64,000 nucleotides of DNA from Octopus sinensis (taxonomy: Eukaryota): the NCBI RefSeq assembly GCF_006345805.1, contig NC_043000.1, positions 141,732,001 through 141,796,000 on the forward strand, read 5' to 3'. The notes below the pieces were generated by a model. The model searched no databases. It saw only the letters and a list, made by a program, of their open reading frames with translations, and had not been told where the DNA came from. Position numbers and translations under genes: made by a program. Below, piece by piece: positions 1-14,614 of the stretch. Positions within the stretch are counted from its first letter, which is position 1; the number at the start of each line of letters is the position of its first letter.

Positions 1-890
<890 letters not shown>

Positions 891-1277
891 AGGGAAATAT
901 ATTTATATCAATGCATACAGATATATTTCTATATATATATATGAATAAACGCGCGTATACATTCATATATGCATTCGTACTTTATTATGTACGTTTCATT
1001 TCAGCATAAGATTGCGTATGATTAATATATTTATGCGAGCGATTTTGTGTGATTCTAAGTTTGTGTGAAGATGCGATAATATTTGCGTATTTATAAACGT
1101 ATATTTCCATATATATATATATACGTACATGTTTCGAATGCTGAAGTGAAATGCTAAAAAATATATTCACTCCCTGTAATTTGCTCATTCTCCTACATGC
1201 TTCCTTTCTTTAATCACATACATTTATACTCACTTATGTCTTATGAGTAAACACACACATGCATGTACACCCCCCCC

Positions 1278-1316
<39 letters not shown>

Positions 1317-2985
1317 TCACGTACAGACTCATGCACATCGATACATGTGTGTGTGTGTATTGTGTGTGTCAATGGGCAGCTAAATATGATGATAAATGGA
1401 ATCGAAATAAAGAAAGGAGGAAAGGAATGAGTTCAATTTTCAGAGAATATTTGCCATAGAAAGTAGAATTATGTGTCATAAAGGATAATAATTCCTCAAA
1501 AAACTATTGGCTGCCTTTTTAAACGCAAACACTTCATGGCAGGGTTGCGCACGAAACAAAATCGATAGAAACAAACAATGCGATAGAGAAGCGGTACAGT
1601 ACTTGTGCATTAAAAATCCTTGTAGATTGTGAACAAATAACGTGTCGTTATATTGTGTCAATTTAAAAAAAAAAATAAAGATTAAATGAATAATATCTAA
1701 GTAAATATTTTAAGATGTGAACAGAAACAAGGGAAATAAAATAGTAAGATTAAGAAATACAATACAAAGTATAATTTATAATCCGGAGATGACGAAGTCG
1801 ATGCAATGTTATCTCATAGGTTGAGTGGTAGTACTTACACTGCTGCAAATGCATGTATATATATATTGAAAGTATTGTTAATATTGGAGTCTGATGCATA
1901 ATACGGATTTATGCTGTGAAAAGGGATGTGTAATTGACAACATAGATCGTATCTTGATACTTCTATATTCTCTGTGCCGCTTTTATTGCCCAAAACATCA
2001 TTACAAGCGTTGTCGTGTCTACCGAAGGTTCTGAAGTTAGAAGTGAATGACGCAAACACTGCGATGTGTTTGCATTAATACGATATACTGTATGTTGAAG
2101 CACGTTATCCTCCATCACGATGAGCTGACATGTGATCAAATTACCGAGTTTTCGTTGGAATTAGGGACACGATACTTCAAATGAGATACTATTCAAATGG
2201 ATATCCTTTGTCAGTAACAATAACGCGCGCAATGTACATAGACATTGATTCCCTAGTATTTATCAGACTGTAAATGTCAGACCTCTATTGATAGGTTTGT
2301 TGAGCTACGGAATGCATCATATGGAAGACAAAAACATTTTCATTAGATCTAGAAGTTACGGGAAGTTCATTATGCCTGAATATGTATTGAATTAACCATT
2401 TCGGATAGATTAATAGGTATTGCACAACGCAAATGACGTGTATTAATTCCTGGATTAAAGGGAAAGTAGTCATTTGCGCGCGTGTACACCCACAAACACA
2501 CAAACACGCATACACACACAATCTCTCTCTCTCTCTCTCTCTCTCTCCCTCTCTCACACACATGCACACATACACATTTCTATATTAATCCCATTATTAA
2601 AATAGATTAAACTGATTTGAATTATTTAATATAAGCAGCTCTAGAGTGAAATCGTCATCCATGTAACACTCATAACATATATGTAGCATTGAAAAGCCAG
2701 TATTTTCCAGAGAAGCAAATCTATTTATTGAGGTGTTGTGCTAAAAACCCAATATATATAAGAGCTAAGTCAAACAAAAGTGTTCTGGAAGTGACCGAGA
2801 AAGCGACAAATGTTCATTTTAGTGTTTCTGAATATCATATTCTTGTGTCATTTCCGAAAGAGGTCGAATCGACCGTTTTGAAGCATACAGAGACAACGAA
2901 TACACGATACACTGATTTGGAATGATGTACTTTAGGCCGAATAGCATTTTTATTATGCAATATTAGCAGCTCTTCAATTATTTAA

Positions 2986-3212
2986 GGCGGCGAACTGGCA
3001 AAAACGTTAGCACGCCGGACGAAATGCGTAGCCGTATTTCGTCTGCCGTTACGTTCTGGGTTCAAATTCCGCCGAGGTCGACTTTGCCTTTCATCCTTTC
3101 GGGGTCGATAAATTAAGTACCAGTTACGCACTGGGGTCGATGTAATCGACTTAATCCGTTCGTCTGTCTTTGTCTGTCCCCTCTGTGTTAGCCCCTTGTG
3201 GGTAGTAAAGAT
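2986..3212 (+). mobile_element. tRNA-derived SINE family A, full-length copy
   Basis: Head GGCGGCGAACTGGCA..GTTAGC, B-box-like GGTTCAAATTCC, body GCCTTTCATCCTTTCGGGGTCGATAAATTAAGTACCAG; more than 10 related copies in the window. Confidence 0.85.
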
Positions 3213-3949
3213 ATATATTTATGCACATATACATACATATGTATACATGAAATTAACATCAGAGATGTCTTTGCACGTTCAAAACCTGCAGACAGGAGCT
3301 ACTTATTATTATTGCAGGTACTTCTTAACCCATGACAAAGAATCGAACACTTGTGTTGACAGTGGATATTCCTATGTCACAGCGTTTCGCTCCTTAACCT
3401 GTACGCGTCTCCTGAGCGGGGAAGCAAGGACTGAATTATTTTCTCAATCACAGCTATCTTGAATTGGTTTTGCAGCCATATCTATAACCTGGGTGGTTTC
3501 CTTCAGTTATTTGAATTCCAAAACAATCTCCTGTAGCTTATAACGCCTGGATCTAGCTGGAATACAGCGGCAGTCGAGTTCAGTACGAAATCAAACTACT
3601 TGTTGTCACTTGACAAGGGCATTGTCAAACAAGTCTAGATATTTGGCTTATAGCTGGTGAAAAATATCGTATGTTCCCTAGAGGAGCACTGAAAGTCTGG
3701 CCAAAATTATTGGTTTTGTACTCTTGAAAATGAGAAACACGTTTAGTTGAAATAATATTGACTCTACCTCCTCCAGGATGACCAGTTTGCCCTTCGAGTC
3801 CGGTTGCACCTCCCGGTGTGACGTTTGATGGAAAATAGAAAGTGGGTCTTCTAACATTGACTGATAGTGATGGCTGTGGTTTGTTACCTTTAGCCTGTAT
3901 AAATATATATGTGTGTGACAGGGAGAGAAATAAATACCTTCGTATGTTT

Positions 3950-4011
3950 AAGTGCATATATATATATATATACATACATATATATACATATATTTACGTA
4001 TATATATATAC

Positions 4012-4051
<40 letters not shown>

Positions 4052-4058
4052 GTATACC

Positions 4059-4115
<57 letters not shown>

Positions 4116-4135
4116 TATATATATATATATATTCC
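3950..4135. repeat. (TA)n/(CA)n microsatellite
   Basis: Visible repeat. Confidence 0.95.
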
Positions 4136-4283
4136 CGTAAGCAAACACCTAGACCAATTCCCCGTAAGAATAAACCAAATCTTCCCTCTCTATCTATGTA
4201 CCGGAAATACTTCAAACCAATTCCGTTTAAATAAGGAAAGCATACTCATTGAAAAATATAAACCACAGATAAATATTCTTTAG
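4135..4283 (+). mobile_element. Penelope-like element, GIY-YIG C-terminal fragment
   Basis: Translates QIFPLYLCTGNTSNQFRLNKESILIEKYKPQIN*, homologous to IFPFYQC..RLNKETFFIEK.KP at 23800-23890. Confidence 0.55.
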
Positions 4284-5029
4284 AAAGAGGAAAAAAAAAA
4301 CATTAAAAAGAAAAAGGAAAAAGACCCAATTTCACTACAAATATCCCAGGTGCAACAGATATTTTTTGAAAACTTTAGTAACAGTCTTTCACCCGGGTTT
4401 CGAAACCGCAACTCCAAATCGCCATAAAATAACACGATACAAACACAAGTTGCCGACGTCACTTAACTCTAGACAAATGAAGTTTTACAAACACCAGTTG
4501 CTTACGTCACTTAACTCTAGACCAATGCAATTTTACCTCCGATCAAAACCGAACTTCAGCAAATACAACAAAATGACACTTTACGAGAGTCAACCAACTG
4601 GAACGGTTGATGATCGTTTCCCACAGGGAAACCAACCAGGCAGAACGGCAAACTTGACTACCAGAAAAATAAGATGTCACCAGTATTTAACGAGTCAAAA
4701 ATCAGATCCGGTCGCGGAAAAAATTATAACTACACCGTATTCCAAAACACACCGTTACAAGCAAAATTACCCGCAAACGACGGAAAGAGAATCACAAAAG
4801 CTGTAAACTAAATCCCTTTTTTTACTAGAATAAAGTAATAATGTTTCACCCGTTTTTGTTTGAACGGTAGGGGTAATGATGGTAAAAACTTTGTAACTCT
4901 AAAGCATAAATGTTTCAACGGTCGCCATAGATGCCAAAACATCATAAAGACCTTGTTTGAATGTTTACTTCTACCGTGCCTGAAGTGAGAATAATATCTT
5001 TTTATGTAACCCAACCAAAATGCCCACTC

Positions 5030-5480
5030 CAGAATGCAACTCCAAAATCCCAGGTACATGCAACTCCAAAATCCCAGGATCATGTAGGCATGGTTACCTC
5101 AGTCGTCAGCGGAACCAAGATCTGTTTCCCCAAATAACGGGAACGAAAGGAGAATTCAGTCAGACTGTACGAAAGAGACAATAACAAGATATAACAATTA
5201 TCAGTATTCTTTGAGACACGTCTAGAAAATAAATAGTCCAAAGCTACCCAAACATATCTGGAACATGAAGGACAACAATATATCACACAACAGTATGTAG
5301 AGCATCGTGGAGAGATCTAGGCCCTACATCAAGGGGTCACATAAGTGCAAGATCTGTATGACCACAAAAACACATATCCTTGTTAGATCAAGTAACGGCA
5401 CCGACCATCTAAATGTGAAGTTTGAGAGGTTTAAAGGAGGTATACATCTCAACAGTTTTCTGGTATCGAACTAGAAGACG
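5030..5480 (+). mobile_element. Penelope-like element GIY-YIG relic (second lineage)
   Basis: ITRYNNYQYSLRH..KLPKHIWNMKDNNI..RSRPYIKGSHKCKICMT matches the RYNNH..LSK.IW.LK..PY..G..C.LC tail of PLE endonucleases; contains stops. Confidence 0.55.
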
Positions 5481-6984
5481 CCCCAGTCACAAGATTAGAG
5501 ACTCAATTTAACACAATTTACATATCTCTCCAGTCAACTACCCACGCAAGATGTAGCTTTTCTTTGTTATATGTAAGCACACATTAAAACAACCTTCTTT
5601 TGATACGTTAAGTGGATATAAACTAGCTTCCATGTGGGAATTATCCGCATTCCACTTAAAATTTTTCGTAACGATTTTCCGCAATTTTTCTTGTATGTTT
5701 CCTTGGATATCTTCGTAGGTCCTCGTAGAGTAGCTATATTATTCAAGCCTGAACGATTGCCGAATGGTGTGCGATAGACTTTGAAATACATATATTCCAG
5801 CACTAAGCGCGCATGCAGAAATGAAGTAGCTTACGTATAAAGCCTGTATTCGTTAGATGGTATTCATCTGGCATTCAATTAAATACGTTTTTGTTGATCT
5901 TATCAATAAGCGAGTAGTACACATTATGTGTGTGTTTAGATATGTATGTATAATGTATGCATGTATGAATTTGTGTACGTATGTTTATATATGTATGTGT
6001 GTGTGTGTGTGCATGAGTGTATGATTTGCGCATGGATGCGGGCACATTACTCCGATTTATAGCGCCATAGGACTTCGAATCGGTGAGAACGTCGAGGAAT
6101 CGTTATGCTTCTAACAAAGATATTTGCGACATATAAAATATATAAATAAAATAATTGCATGACATTAGTGCGCAACACTATTTTAGTTCAAAATCTAAAT
6201 AAATACTTCCGTGCATAACATGAAAGAACAGGATCACCGGTCATTTGTAAGACCAATCAACGAGTAATGCTGTGATCAAATTAGCTTAGTCCTCTAATTG
6301 AAATCGATTTTGAAGTTGAACTGAACTATAACTAAATTCGTTAGTGCCAGTTAGCTGAATTTCCATTGCAAATGACAATCACATACATACTGCTTTGTAT
6401 CACTTTTTGTGAAAGGAAAATACCTAATTATTTGAAACTATATGTGTATAATTTTACTCGCTTGCAAATACATGTAGGCTTACATTTATGTTTATGCGCT
6501 AATCTTGAATATTCTCGCAAATGTGTTTGTGTATGCATGTAGATTGACGCACGTATAGCTTCAGATACTCAGCCATTAAACGTGCGCGCTCAGCGCGCAC
6601 ACACACACCCACACATGATTTCTAATGATTATGCATCTACACGTATCTTACCTTCTGCAAATAACCAATATACAAGTATATACGCAAACAATCACATATG
6701 TAGAATCACGGACAAATATATTAGTAGGTACAGACATTAATCCTTGAGCAATCACTGTTCACACACAGTGATACATATTTGGGGCGCATGAAATAGTTTG
6801 CGTACGGCGAATGAAAAAAATTAAAATAAATAAAAAACAATAAAACAAGAAAGAAAAGGAGAAACAAGCGTAAAGTTACTCAAATTCATTGACAGTAGGA
6901 GGTATTTTTACGTTAACCATAATCAATATTCATATGTATTGATTTGTTGAAAATGTATATATGTATGTATGTAGATAAACAGAG

Positions 6985-7100
<116 letters not shown>

Positions 7101-7289
7101 GCAGTAGTGTGCAAAAGTTTTCGGCTATTTTAAACTATTCTGAATTTCTACTAACTGCCAAATTATAAATAGATGTTATGCATTGCGCTTTATACTGATG
7201 ATACACTGGCCCTCTAGGAGTCATTTCCATACCCAATCATTATATTTTGTAGTAGGGCTTCTGAATGAGAGAGAAAGATGCGAGACGAC

Positions 7290-8285
7290 CACCAAAAATG
7301 GCTGTGCAAAAGTTTTGAGCCACCTCACATAAACCAATCAAGACACAGTATTTTAAAACAGAAAAATGTGTATCAATGAAAATTGATTATATAGTGTTCC
7401 CTTCAAGACGTTACAGTAGATTGTTAATATTTCGCGTGGCTTCCCTTAGTTGAATAATTGCTTCAATGCGCCTGGGAAGAGATGCGTACAAATCCTTCAC
7501 CGTCTTCACAGGTGTGAGATGTCCTTCTCTTTGGCTGAGCTCTCATCAGTCTTCAAAGTTGCGTGGATTCTTCTGAGAAACTTCTCTCTTTAGTTCTGTC
7601 CACATTTTCTCGATTATATTTAAGTCAAGGCTCTGAGCCAACCAATATTTCAATACGGTAACACCTTGATTAGCTAAACTTTCTAATAAGCGAGAATTTG
7701 TCAGAAGGCCTCCAGGAAAGCGAAACAAGCCACGTATATTTGTTTCAGTCATTAAACAGTTCTTGTAGAAGAAACAGATCTTGAAGAGTTCTAGGAGAGG
7801 AAACAGACCTCGGGACTTATTCATTATGAGCCTATTACTTATTCTACTGGCCTCTTTTGTCGAACAGCCAAGGTTCAGAAACAGAAACACACAAGCATTG
7901 GTTGTCAAACGATTGTGAGGGGACAAACACACACACCCATGCACACACACCCATGCACACACACACACATGCACACACACACATGCACACACACGACGAG
8001 CTTCTTTCACTTTCCTTTTACCAAATCTACTGAGAAAGCTTTGGTTGGCCCGACGTGCTACGCAGTGATATTGAACCCAGGATTATGTGCAGCTGCTCGT
8101 ATACGAGCAAAGGCTTTGCTGGAAACATTCTATTGCATATTGCACCACTGCGCTGGTTGGCTGGCAGAAGAAACGGGTGACACACTATGGACTCTTTTTG
8201 ACGTGTCTTTTCTATCCTCCAACTGAAAGCCACACATTTCCACAGGTTGCACATGTTCTGTTGCGAATAATAGCCATATAACAAT
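7290..8285 (-). mobile_element. Tc1-like transposon relic interrupted by a SINE B
   Basis: WLAQSLDLNIIEKMWTELKR resembles the Tc1 WPSQSPDLNPIENLW..LKR motif; W.CV.FS near 8240; TIR-like GTGCAAAAGTTTT at about 7109 and 7305. Confidence 0.65.
7806..8055 (-). mobile_element. SINE family B, partial, diverged
   Basis: Body with internal (CA)n tract homologous to 30922-31335. Confidence 0.7.
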
Positions 8286-8294
8286 TTACAATGG

Positions 8295-8910
8295 ATGGAT
8301 TACTGTGAGTTTTCTGATAGCTGCCCTGGCCGGTGAGACCCGAGCATTTCCCCCACAAATCACACACGTAAAAAGCAACACTCCTTCATTTTCCACAGGT
8401 TCATTCCTTCTAAGCCTTCTCGTAACCTTCTAGTGCTTCATTTTCTGTCGTTCAAACTTCAAACAACCACTATGCACTCTTTTCCTCTATCCAATTTGAT
8501 CTTGTGCTTCCGTCATGCAAACAACAACTGAAACACCTGTCTGTGTCAGAGCAATTCTGAGGCAGTCCTTGAACCTCATTTTTGGTTTATGTGCCATCTT
8601 CTGCTATCTTCCAGTTCACCATACAAAAGTTGCTTGGGAAGTTTTTCAGCATTCATTCTCACCAGATGTCTAACCCACCTCAAAAGACTTTCCAGAACCA
8701 TTGATTCCAGACATGTACTACCACTTCTTTAGAGTACCTCCACCCCATTTGGCCATTTTCCAATTTATCCCAATAGTAGGAGACATATGCTATAAACCCT
8801 AACTTTAATTTGGAAAGATACACTATGGTGTGATGAGAGATGCTTGTCAAGACTACCAAAGGCACTAGTAACCTTGCTGATTCCATACAAAATTTCATCA
8901 AGACCAGTAG
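8295..8910 (-). mobile_element. RTE-clade LINE 3' fragment
   Basis: ISKVTSAFGSL.. LRWVRHLVRMNAEKLPKQLLYGEL.. TCVICG on the minus strand is a typical RTE ORF C-terminus. Confidence 0.7.
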
Positions 8911-9070
8911 TGCTCAAGGTACTTCTTAAATAAATGAATATAGTTAAAACTGCCAACCTTTGACAATTCGCAAATATCCGGGGTTCCATATAAAGTTTAG
9001 ATGTATATATGTTTGTATGTATGTACATACATGCATACATGCATACATACACACACATACATATGAATAT

Positions 9071-9284
9071 ATTTCTTTGTTGCCCACAAGGGGCTTAAGC
9101 ATAGAGGGGACTAACAAGGACAGACAAAGGGATTAAGACGATTATATCGACCTCAGTGCGTAAATGGTACTTTATTTATCGACCTCGAAAGGATGAAAGG
9201 CAAAGTCAATCTCGGCGGAATTTGAACTCAGAACTTAACGGCATTTCGCCCGGCGCGCTAACGTTTCTGCCAGCTCGCTGCCTT
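9071..9284 (-). mobile_element. SINE family A
   Basis: Reverse complement of 2986-3212. Confidence 0.85.
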
Positions 9285-9944
9285 ACACATATATATAAAT
9301 ATACAGAATGGTTGACGTAAGTAAAAAAAAATGTGATATATTAAGACAATGTGACTATGATATTTCGATAATATTTCTAGATGCTGTCAGTTTAAAAGCA
9401 AGCAAGAAACGATAGTTTGATAACGCATCAAAGTTAACATCGACATGTAATAAGGATTTGGCGATTGCAGTGATAGTTTCGTTCACAGCTACCATTTTAC
9501 TTTTAGTTACATCGTATTTGCTCCTGTCATTTTAAAATAACTTTCTCACAACTATACAGATGCCGTTTCCCATGAATAATCAATATTATGGGTATTGTCA
9601 TTCTTCCCTACCAACTGAATTGCTTGTTGTCAAAGAACATGAGACTTCTCAATTTGATTTCGTTATTAATGAGATTATACTAGCTTTAGGCGGTGGTCTT
9701 CTATCGTCTCATATTCATTACATGTCATTCTAAGCAATGTCTAAAATCAGTTATAATGGGGATGGAGCATATGTGAGCGTATTACTAAAGATTTTGTGGC
9801 AGAGAAAGGTTGACTGCTTAAAAGGCTCGTACGAACATATGGAAGTTTTTAGAGAAAGCAAATAATATAGTCGAGAAGTAATGGGATCCATTCTTACTAA
9901 TATTCTGACTATTCAAACAGTATAAGACAAAATACTAGTACACA

Positions 9945-9985
9945 TCTTGGTGATGATAGTGGTGGTGGTGGCGACGGCGGTGGCG

Positions 9986-10019
<34 letters not shown>

Positions 10020-10215
10020 TAGTAGTAGTAATAAGAGTAGTAGTAGCAGCAGTAATCGTAGCAGTAGTAGTAGTGGTGGTGGTGGTGGTGGTGGTAGCAG
10101 CATTAGTAGTAAAAGTGGTGGTGGTGGTGGTGGTATTATTAGTAGTAGTAGTTTTAGTAGTAGTAGTAGTAGTAGTAGTTTTAGTAGTCAAAGCAGCAGT
10201 TGTAGGAACAGCAAT
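9945..10215. repeat. Compound (GTG)/(GCA)/(GTA) trinucleotide repeat
   Basis: Visible repeat; source of the poly-V/T/L ORFs. Confidence 0.95.
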
Positions 10216-10387
10216 AATAGCACGGGATATGATAACCTTTAGGTTTACAAAGCTACCAACACTATTTCTCTATTTTCGTACAATAGATAATGTTGACCCT
10301 TTCTTATTTCATGCTCTTAAAATATCGCTGTTTTGATGATAGTCTGTGGTCAGCTAATGATATTAAACTGATATAGAGTACGGAATA

Positions 10388-10585
10388 GGAGTCGAACTGG
10401 TTTAATCGTTAGTATGCCGGGCAAAATTCTTAGTGGTATTTCATCAGTCTTTGTGCTCTAGTCAACTGTGCCTTTTATCCTTTCGAGGTCGATGAAATCA
10501 GCACCATTTGAGCACTGGGGTTAATGTAATCGCATTATTTCTACTCTGAAATTACTGACCTTATGCCAAAATTTGTAATCAATAT
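10388..10585 (+). mobile_element. SINE family A-related, diverged
   Basis: GCCTTTTATCCTTTCGAGGTCGATGAAA..CACTGGGGT core with an alternative 3' end. Confidence 0.6.
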
Positions 10586-12351
10586 AGAGCACAGGGTTAA
10601 AATCCAAGCGTTTCCCCCATACTGTGACTTCGAAACATCAAAGAACGCTTGCAGACCAAAAACAGCGAAAATATCAGAAGTAAAACATAAAACATTGAAA
10701 TTATAAACACTGAGAATTTAAATCAGGAACATAAAATTAGCAAATTCAAACATAAAGAAGAATGAACTGCAGCAAAATAAAACAGCAGTATTCTTTCTGA
10801 ACACAGGTCAAATGAGTATATGGAAAAGAATTTAAAATAGTGAATTCTTGAAATGCTATTTTTAATATGGCAATAACCTAGACACGAAAACAGTGATTCG
10901 ACAGTACTTCTTACAATCGAAGAAAGACTCTCACTCAGATAAAAATTGATGATGAAATGTCGCCAGTAATTAAAAATGCCAACCTGTTAATCGCAACGTT
11001 AACAAAGATGGATGCAATCCTCTATATTTCTAGTATAGATCAAACAATCTGTCCAACAGCTACAATAACAAGAAAGGATACACTACACTATCAGAATTAC
11101 TTATATAGGAATACTTAAAAAGAAACAAAGAGCGATAAGTGATAACACAAAATAATTCATTTCTCAATCTATAAAAATTAAAGAATGCCTGAAAGAAGAT
11201 ATCCTCTCTGGAGGTCGACGGATTTAACTAAATTTAAAGCTAAGATGAAATTCAGAACGAAACAAACACTACCGTAAACAAATGATTCGATGAAAATTTG
11301 TGAGAAACCCAACAGAATTACAGGAAGCACTAAATGCTATAACTGTAAACGCATATTTCAAAGTGTCGCATGAAAACGTTCACTCCTCTCCACACTATTG
11401 GTCTGTCCGCCAGTCATTTCATTTTCTCCCATCTATCAACGTTCGTACAGTTATGCAAATGTGCATTAATATGCATTTTATCTACTCATTGCGTCTCCTT
11501 ATACCTTGTCTTCTTTACTAAAACAAAAAAGCATTTTTCTTCGTCTTTTTTTTATCGGAGTCCTAATAATATTTTCTTCGTTTAGTTACCTACTTAATGA
11601 TTTTACCTCTTCTTCGAAAACATTCATGTCCAACAAATCTATTATCTCAATGATAATATAAACATTTAAGCAATGATTTCTCTCCGATGAATGTATTTTC
11701 TATAAACAGCAAAATTTGGTCTCAATGTAAACACATAATAGTTAAGGACTTTTATATTCAGTTGCTCCGATTATTATTCCCATGAAGAATAGTGGTTTAC
11801 AGAATGATATAAAAATATTGATACCTATACGATGAAAATCTCGAGGATAATATTCATAATTTATATCCAAAGTATAAAAAAAAAACACCTTTAACGTACA
11901 TCAATGTTTCTTTTTGATTATAGCTGACCGAAAGCCTGGTAGCAGCTCTTCTGCACTTTTACAAGTTATATATTTAATCTTATTCAGTAGCCACACCTCC
12001 TAATCATATAACGTACAGAGGATGCACGGTTTATTTGCTCATAACCAAATCATCGCGCAGCATTTATCGTTTGCCACATTGCTAAGCCGGAGATGACCAA
12101 AATACACATAAACAACATGTAGGAATATACCTGTGTGTTGTGCACTTTTATTAAATTTGAATGAAATGCATCTAAAAACATTACTGCATTCACATCAGAG
12201 AGAATAAATAAGTAAAACGTTTCTCAAACAAGAGAATCGATGTCGCTAAGGCACGATGATAAATTAATAGAAATTATATTGAGAGATTGCTATATTTGGG
12301 TATGGTTATCTTTTGCCAATTTAACACTCGCATTATTTATTTGGTCATAAG

Positions 12352-12383
<32 letters not shown>

Positions 12384-12540
12384 AGTCGATTACATCGACC
12401 CCACTGTGTCATTGCTACTTATTTCATCAACTCCGAAAGGATGAAAGGCAAAGTGAACCTCGACGGAATTTGAACTCAGAACCTAATGCCGCTAAACATT
12501 TTGCTCGGAGTGCTAACGATTCTGCCGACTCACCGACTTT
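12384..12540 (-). mobile_element. SINE family A, diverged
   Basis: GTCGATTACATCGAC..GAAAGGATGAAAGGCAAAG..GAATTTGAACTCAGAAC. Confidence 0.75.
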
Positions 12541-12569
12541 ATAAAAGTAATAATAATGATAATAATCAT

Positions 12570-12787
12570 TTCTTCTTTAGGCACAAGGTATGAAATTTTG
12601 GATGGAGGGGACAAGTCGATTACATTGACCTCAGTATTTCACTGGTACTTAATTTATCGACTCCGAAAGCATGAAAGGCAAAGTGAATCTCGGTGGAATT
12701 TGAACTCAGAACGTAAGGATCAATGAAATGCCGCTAAACATTTACGTTTTGCCCGACGTGCTAACGATTCTGCCAGCTCACCGCCTT
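12570..12787 (-). mobile_element. SINE family A, diverged (tandem with the previous copy)
   Basis: Same core motifs, ending CTGCCAGCTCACCGCC. Confidence 0.8.
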
Positions 12788-12791
12788 AATA

Positions 12792-12822
<31 letters not shown>

Positions 12823-12989
12823 TAGTAATAATAGTAGTAATAGTAATAATAGTAGTAATAGTAGTAATAGTAATAATAGTAATAATAGTAGTAATAGTAG
12901 TAATAGTAATAATAATAGTAATAATAATAGTAATAATAATAGTAATAATAATAGTAATAATGATAGTAATAATGATAGTAATAATAATA
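12788..12989. repeat. (AAT)/(AGT) mixed trinucleotide repeat
   Basis: Visible repeat. Confidence 0.95.
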
Positions 12990-13241
12990 GTTAGTTAGTA
13001 AGTTAGTTAATTTGGCTCAAAAGCAAATAGCAAGGCCATGTAGGGGGACATGGAGTTAAGTACAGGGTGGTGTTCATGTAAAGAGTTCAGTCCACTTGAG
13101 GTCAAGGGAGGCTTTGAACAAAGCGGTCGTCGGCATCTTCACCATCTCGTCTGGCAGCTTGTTCCACGGATCCGCAACCCGGACGGAGAAAACTCCTCTC
13201 CTTCGATTGAGATGAAATCGTCGCAGGTAGAGCTTTTCGGA
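12990..13241 (-). mobile_element. CR1/L2-type LINE 3' end with (CTAA)n tail
   Basis: Translates EKLYLRRFHLNRRRGVFSVRVADPWNKLPDEMVKMPTTALFKASLDLKWTELFT*, the FS.RV...WN.LP....FK..LD ORF2 tail. Confidence 0.8.
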
Positions 13242-13295
13242 ATGATAATAATAATAGTAATAATAATAGTAATAATAATAGTAATAATAATAATT

Positions 13296-14614
13296 GTTGT
13301 TGTTGTTTCATTTATTAGCAACTAGGGCCGACATATAGAGGACGATACAGTAGACATGAACTGTGTGGATTTTACAAAGAAACAACGAATACACAATTAA
13401 AACAATAACGTGATAATCAACAAAACAACATAACAATGAAAGTTCCCCAGTAGATGGGGGAGTGACCACTTGAAGTTGGCTCAGGTTCTCCATCATTCCT
13501 CCAATCCTGACGCTTCGCGGGCATCTGGGAAGAACACCCTTCTCGCTCTTAAATTCACTGGCCTACAGGCGCATTATTAGAGTAAGTTCCCTCGCACGTG
13601 CCATTTTTCCTACATTCACCCACCTTTTAGCAAATGTAGTGGGAGGCAACACTACACACTCCGCCCTCATCTTCCGTTCCAAGTTAAATTTGAAAAAGTT
13701 GATGAAGGGTCGGTCGAAGAGAAAAGTGTCTGTCTTCAGTCCTTTCAACTTGGTCCACCATGCAACCACTTTCGTTACTGCTATTAGACAGAGGAAAATT
13801 ACCTGCCCTTTCGGACTGATGGAAGGCAGCAGATCAATCTTTACAATGGACTCGGCCGATAGTCGGATCTGTCCTACACGTCATTCCAGCTGTTCATCAT
13901 AACTCCACAAGTTAGCAATGCAAAGACCCTGTCACTCTGAGCGCATCTCGGACAGGTTTGTCTGACAGCAATTCCGTGCTTGTAGAGTTTATCTCGAACC
14001 GGCAGTGCCTTCCAGCAGCACTGCCAATCTAGGGATTTCTGGAAATTATCCATCGTCCCCGGCTCGAAAGCCCTCCTGATCAGACTGGCTTGTTCGACTT
14101 CGTCAATGACTAGCATCTCTCCAAGTGTGTCAACGCTTTTCCTCTCCACTAACCCTCTATAGATTTCAAGAGTGGATGTTCCATTGATTGCATTAGACAC
14201 CTGGTAGAGGGCAGTGAGTGCCTTACAACAATTCAGATGCCAGTCACCCAGCCTCGGTCTCTTTTTGACCCAGGACTGCAGTTCAGTCAAGGAGATGAGC
14301 TGTGGAAAGGCCTTCTTGACAAACGGTGACCACATCTGTTCACCGTTTAGGCAGACTACCTGGAGATGCTGCAGCCTCTGCGCATGTCTGCACATCATCA
14401 GCCACGGCATGCCCAGCCCTCCGCGTAAAGGGTCTTGGCAGCAGATGGGCCACCTTACCAATGGAACCTGTCTCCACGAAAGGAATTTGAAGAGGTCTGT
14501 TCCGAACCAAACCCGAAGCAACTTTACTGGTCTGTCTGTCCAGTGCTCGACGACGATGTAAACAGTGGCTTGGTAAAAGGGAAAATGTTCAACCATAACT
14601 GAGAAGGGAACTTC
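13296..14614 (-). mobile_element. Tx1/L1-clade LINE, 3' part of ORF2 plus 3' UTR and (AAC)n tail
   Basis: CCQDPLRGGLGMPWL, ALPVRDKLYKHG..TCPRCAQSD (zinc knuckle), WWTKLKGLK..ERKMRAE; frameshifts present. Confidence 0.8.

Noticed and set aside
1835-2059. 74-aa minus-strand ORF ending at a GTAAGT donor
   Set aside because: Upstream in-frame stop, poor acceptor and no recognisable domain.
3350-3440. Minus-strand GAGC-GAAACGCU-GUGACAUAGG, resembling a hammerhead 3' half
   Set aside because: No CUGANGA or matching stem I upstream.
4345-4410. TTGAAAA..GAAACCG after the GIY-YIG stop, similar to the U3-A8 motif
   Set aside because: No stem I or II pairing and no GUH triplet.
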